In this document: positions 20,704 through 28,619 of the stretch, one piece after another | Numbering within the stretch: position 1 is the stretch's first letter | How the letters are laid out: the number at the start of each line of letters is the position of its first letter | Source of the DNA: an uncultured Pirellulaceae bacterium | GTDB lineage: Bacteria > Planctomycetota > Planctomycetia > Pirellulales > Pirellulaceae | DNA: 64,000 nt | Assembly: GCA_938084685.1 (NCBI GenBank) | Contig: CALKGE010000003.1 | Location: forward strand, 99,898 to 163,897 | Direction: 5' to 3' | Notes under the pieces: generated by a model | Databases searched by the model: none | What the model was told of the DNA's origin: nothing | The model's input: only the letters and a program-made list of their open reading frames with translations | Position numbers and translations under genes: made by a program

Positions 20704-20851
20704 AAAAGTTCGTCTTGGCAAAAAACCACGGATGTGATAATTTTCTTACACTTGAAAAAGTAGTTTGTATTGCTGAGGTGCCAAGGAAGGCCAACTCGCA
20801 TTACGAACTTGAAGAGTGCAGTATTAATGCCGGCAGTGGAAGGAGTCCAAA

Positions 20852-21367
20852 ATGGCGGCAGAGCCAGTGCAGACAACAGGGATTCATATTAGATGGATGA
20901 TTCGTCGGGACATGTCAGATGTATTGGGGATCGAGCACGCCAGCTTCGAATTTCCCTGGACAGAAGATGATTTCGTTCGCTGCTTGAGGAAGCGAAATTG
21001 CATCGGCATGGTGGCAGAGCTTAACGATGAAATTATCGGTTTTATGATTTATGAACTGCATAAAACTCGGCTGCACATTCTTAATTTTGCTGTTCATCAG
21101 GAGCATCGACGCTCGGGAGTCGGCACAGCGATGGTGGAAAAACTCAAAAGCAAACTTTCCAGTCAACGACGTAACCGGATTGTGCTCGAAGTTCGTGAAA
21201 CCAACCTGGACGCTCAGCTCTTTTTTAAGAACCAGGGTTTCTTGGCTTTGTCGGTTTTGAAAAACTTCTACGAGGATACCGTGGAAGATGCTTATTTGAT
21301 GCAGCATCGATTTGTTGACGACCAGATGGAACAATCGGTCAATCGGATCACCCGAATGGCCGGCTAG
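20852..21367 (+). CDS. rimI: GNAT N-acetyltransferase, ribosomal-protein-alanine acetyltransferase (RimI)-like
   Basis: 171-aa ORF with LGIEHASFEFPWTEDDF and the acetyl-CoA motif HQEHRRSGVGTAMVEKL. The start may instead be M16 (nt 20897). Confidence 0.8.
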   Translation: MAAEPVQTTGIHIRWMIRRDMSDVLGIEHASFEFPWTEDDFVRCLRKRNCIGMVAELNDEIIGFMIYELHKTRLHILNFAVHQEHRRSGVGTAMVEKLKSKLSSQRRNRIVLEVRETNLDAQLFFKNQGFLALSVLKNFYEDTVEDAYLMQHRFVDDQMEQSVNRITRMAG

Positions 21368-21389
21368 GCAGTTCAGTCCGTCAGCATTT

Positions 21390-21878
21390 TCATATTTCGA
21401 TGTGCCATGCTTTAGGCGGATTGGATTTCAGATCCAGAATGGCAATGGTGTGCTTTGCCGCTCGGTATAGTGCCCCTGGATTTAGGACGATGGTTTCTTC
21501 ATCGTGATGGATTTCACTTCGATGCGTATGGCCGTAGCAGACAATGTCATACAGTCCGCTGGAAATAGCGTTTTCGAGTGACCTGGAAATGTGGCTGTGT
21601 AACAAGGCGATTCGAAATTCGCCGAAAGTGATATCTCCAAATTGGTGATGATAGATTCCACCCGCCTGAATAATTGCTGATTCGAGTTGGTCGTGTTGCG
21701 AGTCGACGTTTCCGCAGACGTAGTGCGTTGGCCAATTTGCCAGTAGTGGAGGGATATCTGGTGAGCCAATATCACCACAGTGCAAAACAGCCATCGGATC
21801 GAAGGCCTCGATTACTCTGACGGCTTTTTGAGTGTGGAAACAATGGCCATGCGTGTCTGAGATCACGGCAAGAATCAT
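21390..21878 (-). CDS. YfcE/MJ0936-type metallophosphoesterase
   Basis: 162-aa ORF with the calcineurin-like motif series: ISDTHG, HCGDI, GNVD, GHTH. Confidence 0.8.
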   Translation of the reverse strand: MILAVISDTHGHCFHTQKAVRVIEAFDPMAVLHCGDIGSPDIPPLLANWPTHYVCGNVDSQHDQLESAIIQAGGIYHHQFGDITFGEFRIALLHSHISRSLENAISSGLYDIVCYGHTHRSEIHHDEETIVLNPGALYRAAKHTIAILDLKSNPPKAWHIEI

Positions 21879-21953
21879 AGGACAAAGTTATAATCAGGGT
21901 GATGTAGTTACAGTTATTCGCTTCGGATTGACGCTCGTACGTCATTATAAGGA

Positions 21954-22724
21954 ATGAATGTGGAAGGACACGAAGGACTTCTGGTTGATATTGTGCTGGG
22001 GCTGGCGATTGCTTCTCCCCTATGGTTGGCTATTGGATTCGCAATGCGTTCGCCTTTGAACTTTCTGCAGGTGGTTTTGTGGGTTCCTGCGGCGATGCTG
22101 ACCGCTTTTTTTTGGCGATCCCGCGTCTATGGAAGGATCCCCGCGGATGTAGCTGGTGCAGTACTGATCAGTAACCACTGTAGTAGCGTTGATCCCTTCT
22201 TTATACAGATGGCCTCAGACCGTCCTATTGGCTGGATGGTTGCGCGGGAGTTCACCTCAGGTCCTGTAATTGGGCGTATTTTGGACATTTTCGATGTGAT
22301 CAAAGCAGGCCGTCGGGGTATCGATACGGCAGCAACCAAACGGGTTATTCGCGAAGCAAGGTCCGGGCGTTTGATATGCATGTTTCCAGAAGGTCGAATA
22401 AATACCACGGACCAGTTTATGCTGTCTTGTCGCCCTGGTGCCGTGATGGTCGCCATTCGAGCGGGCGTTCCGGTTATTCCCTGCTATCTTCATAACGTGG
22501 CTTTTACAGATGAGGTCATTCACCCGTTTCATACTCCAGCCCGAGTTTCGCTATATGTTGGTGAACCTATTGATGTCGTCACGTTGTCGGAAGGTAAAAC
22601 TGACAAAGCAACATTGCAGCGAATTACCAGACTCTGCATTGCAGAGATTGGTAAGTTGGCAGGGCTGGAAAACTGGGAACCAGAATTAGCGGGTAGAAAC
22701 TGGATGGAGTCCTCTGACAGTTAA
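21954..22724 (+). CDS. Lysophospholipid (1-acyl-glycerol-3-phosphate-type) acyltransferase family membrane protein
   Basis: 256-aa ORF with N-terminal hydrophobic helices, an HX4D motif (NHCSSVDP) and an FPEGR motif. Confidence 0.7.
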   Translation: MNVEGHEGLLVDIVLGLAIASPLWLAIGFAMRSPLNFLQVVLWVPAAMLTAFFWRSRVYGRIPADVAGAVLISNHCSSVDPFFIQMASDRPIGWMVAREFTSGPVIGRILDIFDVIKAGRRGIDTAATKRVIREARSGRLICMFPEGRINTTDQFMLSCRPGAVMVAIRAGVPVIPCYLHNVAFTDEVIHPFHTPARVSLYVGEPIDVVTLSEGKTDKATLQRITRLCIAEIGKLAGLENWEPELAGRNWMESSDS

Positions 22725-23842
22725 GCAGTGGTTGAGTCCTGGATCTGTTCGGCCACGTTTTCTAATGTTTGCTGCATGGATATGGCGTTCGTGTTCTTTC
22801 CAGCGATGGTAAGGATAGGGTGTCCCGCGGTGATCGTATCAGTTGCCGAGGGGATATCTGCGAGTCGGAGGTTACTTGCGAGTGCTATTTGCGCGACATG
22901 CTCCAACCAGACTTTCGAGACATCCCAGGCTCGCCTGGCATAGATAATTCGCTTGCCTGCCACCAGGTTGGCCGCAGTCTTTAAGGGGTGAACATGAGGA
23001 TCCTGGAAAGCCGCAATGTGATAATGCATCAGAGGGTGTTTCCAGCAGCTTTCAAATAGCTCCATGGTTGCTGTGTATCTGGGATTAACTTCGAGAAACA
23101 CCAGGTGGTCGTCCGGTGTCAATATGAAGTCGACACCAATCAAGCCCGTCAGTCCCACGAGTTCCGGGTTGGCGAGCAGGTGGCCAAATCGAATAAGTTC
23201 AGCTTGATGGTGATGGGGAAGGGTTTTAGTAACAGCGCCAAGAAATTGAAAGTTCGGTTCGTTCGAGTTTTCCAGCAATTCCGTTGTACCCAGTAGTGTT
23301 GCGTGGGATGGTTGCAACAGAAAACTCGCACTCATCGGAGTCCCGTCGATGAATTGTTGTAGATAGGAATCTTCGGGACAGCTGGTTGTCGAGTTCATTT
23401 GACGAATATGCTGGCCTGCTGCCGAGTGAAACGGTTTGGCAATCCAGCTTCCGGTTTGGGGAACATCAGTCTCAGCCAACAGGGGATATTCGAATTGGTG
23501 TGTCTGCAGCAACTGGTTCAGTTTTTGAGGAGATCGGATTTCTGAAATTGTCTGTTCTGGTGATGCCAGCAGGCGACTGGATGATCTGATTTCTGCCAGC
23601 ACATCAGGGTAATTTTCCAACGCTCCTGTGATACAAACAGCGTCCGGATGAAGTTGTTTTACGATGCCGGGAATGTCATACGGATAATTGACCAGCTTCG
23701 TGCAATTAGCAACCTTCTGCGTATCGGTATCTGAGAAAAGGTCTACCGCCTCGACCTTATAGCCCGCTAGAGCAGCTGATTCCGAGGCTGCTCGAACGCA
23801 CGCGCCAACGATCATTATTCGAGAGATATCAAGATTCGCCAT
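22721..23842 (-). CDS. ATP-grasp family ligase, possibly a cofactor (H4MPT/methanofuran-type) biosynthesis enzyme
   Basis: The track ORF is 22721..23932. The start is revised to M31 (MANLDISRIMIVGA...), a Rossmann-like beginning. It has ATP-grasp-like blocks (WIAKPFHSAAGQHI, LQQFIDG, GLIGVDFIL, FLEVNPR). It is divergent from fae, about 200 bp away. Confidence 0.6.
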   Translation of the reverse strand: MANLDISRIMIVGACVRAASESAALAGYKVEAVDLFSDTDTQKVANCTKLVNYPYDIPGIVKQLHPDAVCITGALENYPDVLAEIRSSSRLLASPEQTISEIRSPQKLNQLLQTHQFEYPLLAETDVPQTGSWIAKPFHSAAGQHIRQMNSTTSCPEDSYLQQFIDGTPMSASFLLQPSHATLLGTTELLENSNEPNFQFLGAVTKTLPHHHQAELIRFGHLLANPELVGLTGLIGVDFILTPDDHLVFLEVNPRYTATMELFESCWKHPLMHYHIAAFQDPHVHPLKTAANLVAGKRIIYARRAWDVSKVWLEHVAQIALASNLRLADIPSATDTITAGHPILTIAGKNTNAISMQQTLENVAEQIQDSTTA

Positions 23843-24039
23843 GCTGTTTGGTTGTATCAGGTAGCAAGTTACTGTCAAATAAAGTTTGACGATTAAAGCA
23901 CGACTTGTCAGCCAGTTCAGATGAAATTCCATATTGAATTGCTTATTTGATCACGGGTTCTTGTAATTGGTCAACAGTGTGCTATTCTCACATCAAAGAT
24001 TTAGTTTTAGGTTTTCTCAGGAAAAACGGAGATTCATCC

Positions 24040-24537
24040 ATGTCGATGTATGTCGGTGAAGCGCTCGTTGGTGATGGCAACGAAATTGCGCATATTGATT
24101 TGTTGATTGGTAGCAAAGATGGCCCTGTAGGCGATGCGTTTGCCAATGCACTCGCTCGTCAGAGTGAAGGTCACACCAATCTGTTGGCTGTTTTGGAGCC
24201 AAATCTGGCTGTCAAACCAAGTACTGTGATGGTTACGAAAGTGACAATCAAAGGTATGAAACAGGCTGTACAGATGTTTGGTCCTGCTCAGGCTGCCGTT
24301 GCTGAAGCTGTAGCTGATGCAGTTAAAGAAGGTGCTATCGCGGCAGATCAGGCAGAAGACCTGGTAATTGTTTGTGGTGTGTTCATTCATCCGGCAGCTG
24401 AAGATGATGCCAAGATTTTTGAATACAACTATGAAGCGACCATTCAGTCTATTCGAAATGCAATGACTGGTGATCCGTCCGTGCAGAAAATGCTCGATGG
24501 ACGTGAGGCAGCAGCTCATCCATTCAAAGGTTGCTAG
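24040..24537 (+). CDS. fae: Formaldehyde-activating enzyme (5,6,7,8-tetrahydromethanopterin hydro-lyase)
   Basis: The track ORF starts at 23947. The start is revised to ATG 24040, preceded by ggaga. There are strong Fae blocks: VGEALVGDGNEIAHIDLLIG, VQMFGPAQ, GVFIHPAAEDDAKIFEYNYEAT, HPF. Confidence 0.9.
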   Translation: MSMYVGEALVGDGNEIAHIDLLIGSKDGPVGDAFANALARQSEGHTNLLAVLEPNLAVKPSTVMVTKVTIKGMKQAVQMFGPAQAAVAEAVADAVKEGAIAADQAEDLVIVCGVFIHPAAEDDAKIFEYNYEATIQSIRNAMTGDPSVQKMLDGREAAAHPFKGC

Positions 24538-24585
24538 TTCAGCCTGACAATGGACGAATGCTTGTCTATTGACTAATGTAAAATG

Positions 24586-24617
24586 CTCTGTCAGGTAAAC
24601 TGGCAGAGTATTTTTTT
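24586..24617 (+). terminator. Intrinsic terminator after fae
   Basis: 9-bp stem ctctgtcag/ctggcagag (one G-U pair), loop gtaaa, then ta + T7. Confidence 0.7.
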
Positions 24618-24750
24618 GCGCAAAGTGGAACTTGTGTAGCCGCTTGGCGAGGCTAAGGACAAATTACGGGTCGCCGGATTTAGACCTGGTGGGAATTGGA
24701 TAAAATACAGTTTGGTGAAATGAACGATTTGTGAAGGATATGCTAACTCG

Positions 24751-25626
24751 ATGAGTAAACCCCGAATTCTGGTGCAATTGGATACTGATAAACATGCCAG
24801 TGTTTTTGATGCCGTGGTAGCAGTTGATTCCGGCGTCCACCAGCTTTTTCAATACAGCCAGGTGACGGTCGAAGATGCAGAGGGATTGGTGCATGGAGCC
24901 ATGTTTACACGGGGGCCTGCTGATTTGCATCAGACCGCTGTTTTTGTTGGTGGCGCAGATGTGGCAGCAGGCGAAGCATTGGTAGAAGCCGTTACCAATT
25001 GTTTTTTCGGGCCGATGCGTGTGAGCGTTATGATGGACTCGAACGGCTCAAACACAACAGCGGCTGCAGCGGTCCTGGCAGCTGCCCGTCATACCGATTT
25101 GAAAGGAGCGTCGGCGTTAGTGCTTGCCGGAACAGGGCCTGTGGGCCTCCGTGCAGGCCGTTTGCTGGCCGGTCAGGGAGCCATTGTGAAACTCGGTTCA
25201 CGAACGCTGGAACGTGCGCAGCAAGCTGCTGAGCGAATTGAAGCCTGTGTAAGCGGAGCGGACGTCCAAGGCGTTGTGACTTCCAATGAAGAAGAGACGT
25301 TGCTTGCCGCTCGAGACGTTGACGTAATTATTGCAGCAGGGGCAGCCGGAATTCAGTTGATTTCAGAGGCCGCCTGGACAAGTTGTGAAAATCTTAAAGT
25401 GATTATCGATCTCAACGCAGTTCCTCCTGTGGGAGTGGAGGGCGTGGGCGTAACGGATAAAGCAGTCGATGCCCATGGTAAAATTACCTATGGTGCAATT
25501 GGAGTGGGAGGCACAAAGATGAAGATTCACAAAGCTGCCATTGCCCGGTTGTTTGAATCGAATGATCAGGTACTCGATGCTGAAGAAATCTATGCTATCG
25601 GCAAGTCGCTTGAGGATGATAGTTAG
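24751..25626 (+). CDS. mtdC: NAD(P)-dependent methylene-tetrahydromethanopterin dehydrogenase (MtdA/B/C family)
   Basis: 291-aa ORF with family blocks ILVQLDTDKHASVFDAVVA.DSG, FVGG, MMDSNGSNTTAAAAV and GTGPVG. The MtdC label follows the planctomycete class and is inferred from taxonomic context. Confidence 0.85.
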   Translation: MSKPRILVQLDTDKHASVFDAVVAVDSGVHQLFQYSQVTVEDAEGLVHGAMFTRGPADLHQTAVFVGGADVAAGEALVEAVTNCFFGPMRVSVMMDSNGSNTTAAAAVLAAARHTDLKGASALVLAGTGPVGLRAGRLLAGQGAIVKLGSRTLERAQQAAERIEACVSGADVQGVVTSNEEETLLAARDVDVIIAAGAAGIQLISEAAWTSCENLKVIIDLNAVPPVGVEGVGVTDKAVDAHGKITYGAIGVGGTKMKIHKAAIARLFESNDQVLDAEEIYAIGKSLEDDS

Positions 25627-25648
25627 TTTTGGAGAATCGTGACCTGTC

Positions 25649-26983
25649 ATGAGTTTGCTTACGTTCCGATGCCCTGTTTGTGATGGCATGTTTCGGGCAG
25701 AAGAGTCTGCTGATGAGGTTACATGCCCGCATTGTCAGGAATCGATTGGATTGTTGAATGATGCAGAGGTACCGGCAGAGCCAGAACCGACCGTGAAACC
25801 GAGCGAGGTTACATTGTCGGTGACTCGAGTAAAACGCAACGCGCCGCTATTGCCACCAGGCATGCGAAAGTCGAACGAGCAAAATGCGGAAGCAGGTGTT
25901 CCCAGCCAGCAACAATCCGTTGCTCCTCCGATCGTTGACAACTCGGCCGGCACGCCTGATGCCGGAGTGTCCACAAGCCAGCCTGACATTACTGCGCAGG
26001 CTTGCTCTGAAGGTGCTTCTTTGGAGAATTCGGCGGAACAACAGAGTCTCCCTCCGGTTATTGAGGTTGAAAATGATTTGTCAGATCCGTTGTCATCCGA
26101 GGGAACAGACACCGGATTGTTACCGGAGGTTGTCACTGCAGAAGAGTATGAGGAAATTGTACTTCCAGCAGTGAGTGAGCAGGTGGATATTCAGAGTGCG
26201 AATATTTCAGAGTCAGCGGATGCACTCGAATCTATCGAAACACAAAAGCTTGAGTCGGTTGCGGCTGACGACCTGCTGCCCGCCCACCTTCTGGATGGCT
26301 CAGACGTTTCGGATGCTCAGGATATTCCAGACCTCTCAGATGAGACAGAGCAGGAAGAGGTAGAACAGGAAGAGATAGAACAGGAAGAGGTAGAACAGGA
26401 AGAGGTAGAACAGGAAGAGGTAGAACAGGAAGAGGTAGAACAGGAAGAGGTAGAACAGGAAGAGGTAGAACAGGAAGAGCCAGAACAGGAAGAGCCAGAA
26501 CAGGAAGAGCCAGAACAGGAAGAGCCAGAACAGGAAGAGCCAGAACAGGAAGAGCCAGAACAGGAAGAGCCAGAACAGGAAGAGCCAGAAGAGGAAGAGC
26601 CAGAACAGGAAGAGCCAGGGCAGGAGGGCCTGGCGTCTGTTGTAGCGCAATTGGATGTAGAGTTGGAGGCAGGAGCATCAGATGCTGAGATTTTGCCACC
26701 TTCGCTTGATGGAGCATTTGAGTTGCCAGGTGCGAAAGTGGCGTTGCCGGTCCCAGTCATTGAGACGGGTGAAGAAGATCACGTCGAGGTATCAGAGGCA
26801 GAAACGATCGCCATTCGACTACGCGATGAGCCTCAGACAGTAGGTTACGGTGCGAATAAGGTTGAATTGCTGAGACGAACTACTGATGAGAAGGAGCAGT
26901 TTAAACGCAATAAAAACGTAATTGTCTGGACGGTTGGAGCATTGCTGATTTTGTTGACAATGCTGCTTATGCTCAATCTTTAG
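25649..26983 (+). CDS. Zinc-ribbon, highly acidic repeat protein with a C-terminal TM anchor (tail-anchored); unknown function
   Basis: 444-aa ORF with an N-terminal CPVC...x17...CPHC motif. A long D/E/Q/P-rich region includes (QEEVE)8(QEEPE)~10. The C-terminal hydrophobic helix VIVWTVGALLILLTMLLMLNL sits at the very end. It starts 22 nt after the mtdC stop. Confidence 0.75.
   Translation: MSLLTFRCPVCDGMFRAEESADEVTCPHCQESIGLLNDAEVPAEPEPTVKPSEVTLSVTRVKRNAPLLPPGMRKSNEQNAEAGVPSQQQSVAPPIVDNSAGTPDAGVSTSQPDITAQACSEGASLENSAEQQSLPPVIEVENDLSDPLSSEGTDTGLLPEVVTAEEYEEIVLPAVSEQVDIQSANISESADALESIETQKLESVAADDLLPAHLLDGSDVSDAQDIPDLSDETEQEEVEQEEIEQEEVEQEEVEQEEVEQEEVEQEEVEQEEVEQEEPEQEEPEQEEPEQEEPEQEEPEQEEPEQEEPEQEEPEEEEPEQEEPGQEGLASVVAQLDVELEAGASDAEILPPSLDGAFELPGAKVALPVPVIETGEEDHVEVSEAETIAIRLRDEPQTVGYGANKVELLRRTTDEKEQFKRNKNVIVWTVGALLILLTMLLMLNL
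26351..26620. repeat. In-frame 15-bp tandem repeat array, 18 units in two homogeneous blocks
   Basis: Units 1-8 are CAGGAAGAGGTAGAA (unit 2 has ATA). Units 9-16 are CAGGAAGAGCCAGAA. Unit 17 is GAGGAAGAGCCAGAA and unit 18 is CAGGAAGAGCCAGGG. Read directly from the sequence. Confidence 0.95.
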
Positions 26984-28612
26984 TTAGCTGCGACTAAATC
27001 CAAGGTAGAAGCTGAATACCTGTTTGTCATCGGTATCGGCGTGATGGATTGGGAACCCAAAGTCGAGCGCAAAGGGTGCCTGAGACATAAACGGCATGGA
27101 AATACGCAATCCGGCTCCCACGACAACTCGGAAGTTATCAGGGTCAATATTGTAATCCTGCTCAACGGTTCCAAAGTCTGTAAAAACAACTCCTTTAAGC
27201 ATGTCATCGGCAGTGAAGGGGAACAGGTATTGGACCGTACCGAGGAATCGATGGTGCCCTCCAACTCGCACTCCGCTCACTTCTGGCGATGCTCCACGAA
27301 ATTCGAAACCTCGCATCGTAGAGTAACCACCGGCAAAATAATGGTCGTACAAAGGGGTGTCTTTTCCAGTAATATCATATTGAACTCGCCACGAGAGGAC
27401 ATGGCGTCCAGATCCGTCAGCTCTTTCACGGATCAAGTAGTATTTTCGGTATTCAACTCCACCGCGAGGGTAGACGTAGTCACCAAGGACCTGTTCGAAG
27501 TTGGCATTGAAGTAATAACCTTCTGTGGCCAGAAATGGGGTGTCGCGTGTGTCGTGACTGAGTCCCACTTTGAGTCCGACCAGATCATTGTGTCCTAAAG
27601 CATTGTCCAATTCAGGCACGCCCGTAATGGAGGGATCAGTGACTTTGATTCGTTCCAGGCGTACGGACGTGTTGACGCTTAAATCCGGGTTCAGACGGTA
27701 TCCAAAACCGACACGGCCACCGACTCGCTTTTCGTCCCAGTCGCGATAAATACGATCGTACATGAAGGCACTGGTGTTGAAACTGACTTTGGTGTCACGA
27801 AAGTAGGGATCGGAATATTGAAGCATATAGCGTTCCCACACTTCTCCCGGCATTGCTTCCAATCGAAAACCCTGCCCTCCTCCTCGAAATGCACGACCTT
27901 CAACAAAATCCTCCCAGCTCTCCGGGACAGCAGAGTAGTCAAAGTTTCGTTCGTCTATGACAATTTGACCGGTAACACCTGCATCCGAGTTCACACCGAC
28001 GCCGAACATAAACCGTCCAGTACGCCCTTCTTCGACATAGACATCAAAAGGAATCGTATTCATCGCCGCATCGGGATCAAAAAAGGGAGTAACGGAGTTG
28101 TCGTTAGGAGCCATCTCTTCCGGGACCTGGATCTGGGCCTGGCTCACCTGATCATCGACTCGTAAAACACGAGAGGGGTTGGATAATTCGACAAAGTCAG
28201 CATTGGTCACAGGATTTTGGCCACGAATGAATGTTTCCTCACCATACTCGAGGAAAGCTGAATCATCGAATTCAGGGATCAGTGAGTTGTCAGGACTGGT
28301 TTCCAGATGAAGGTCTGTATCACCTGCGGAGTTCTGATCGGAATTGATAATTGTTGTTGGCTGAGTAATGTCAGATGGTTGATTTGAGGATGGATTCACT
28401 GTCTGTAGACCATCTGCGGTCTGGTGGGGTGTGTCCGCCGATTCAGCTGCTACTTCCTGGGCGAGTTGTTCTAGCGCATGTCTTTCCCTGTTTGTCTCCT
28501 GAGCTGCTTCAGAGGGCGAGCCAAATCGATTGGCACAACCTGCGGAAGCCAGCATCAGTGAGAAGCAGGCAAGTGCGGCTGGAAGTTTTGCATTTCGCAT
28601 AAATTTGCTCAT
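26984..28612 (-). CDS. Omp85/BamA-type beta-barrel protein with its own lipoprotein-type signal peptide and no POTRA domains
   Basis: The track ORF is 26984..28849. The start is revised to M80 (MSKFMRNAKLPAALACFSLMLASAGC, a lipobox-compatible sequence). After a ~170-aa low-complexity linker the canonical barrel onset appears (VEEGRTGRFMFGVGVNSDAGVTGQIVIDERNF). The barrel ends in an aromatic-rich terminal strand (VFSFYLGFSRS). Confidence 0.8.
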   Translation of the reverse strand: MSKFMRNAKLPAALACFSLMLASAGCANRFGSPSEAAQETNRERHALEQLAQEVAAESADTPHQTADGLQTVNPSSNQPSDITQPTTIINSDQNSAGDTDLHLETSPDNSLIPEFDDSAFLEYGEETFIRGQNPVTNADFVELSNPSRVLRVDDQVSQAQIQVPEEMAPNDNSVTPFFDPDAAMNTIPFDVYVEEGRTGRFMFGVGVNSDAGVTGQIVIDERNFDYSAVPESWEDFVEGRAFRGGGQGFRLEAMPGEVWERYMLQYSDPYFRDTKVSFNTSAFMYDRIYRDWDEKRVGGRVGFGYRLNPDLSVNTSVRLERIKVTDPSITGVPELDNALGHNDLVGLKVGLSHDTRDTPFLATEGYYFNANFEQVLGDYVYPRGGVEYRKYYLIRERADGSGRHVLSWRVQYDITGKDTPLYDHYFAGGYSTMRGFEFRGASPEVSGVRVGGHHRFLGTVQYLFPFTADDMLKGVVFTDFGTVEQDYNIDPDNFRVVVGAGLRISMPFMSQAPFALDFGFPIHHADTDDKQVFSFYLGFSRS

Positions 28613-28619
28613 CTTCGAT

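Noticed and set aside
26351-26620. Regularly spaced short repeats that could be mistaken for a CRISPR array
   Set aside because: The units are contiguous with no spacers, only 15 bp long, in frame, and lie inside a CDS. No cas genes are present in the window.
26232-26760. Three long minus-strand ORFs (161, 147 and 104 aa) across the acidic repeat, with monotonous LPV/SSC/LFL repeats
   Set aside because: They are frame artefacts of the 15-bp tandem repeat, because any frame of a stop-free repeat stays open. The plus-strand frame is the one embedded in a protein with real N- and C-terminal domains.
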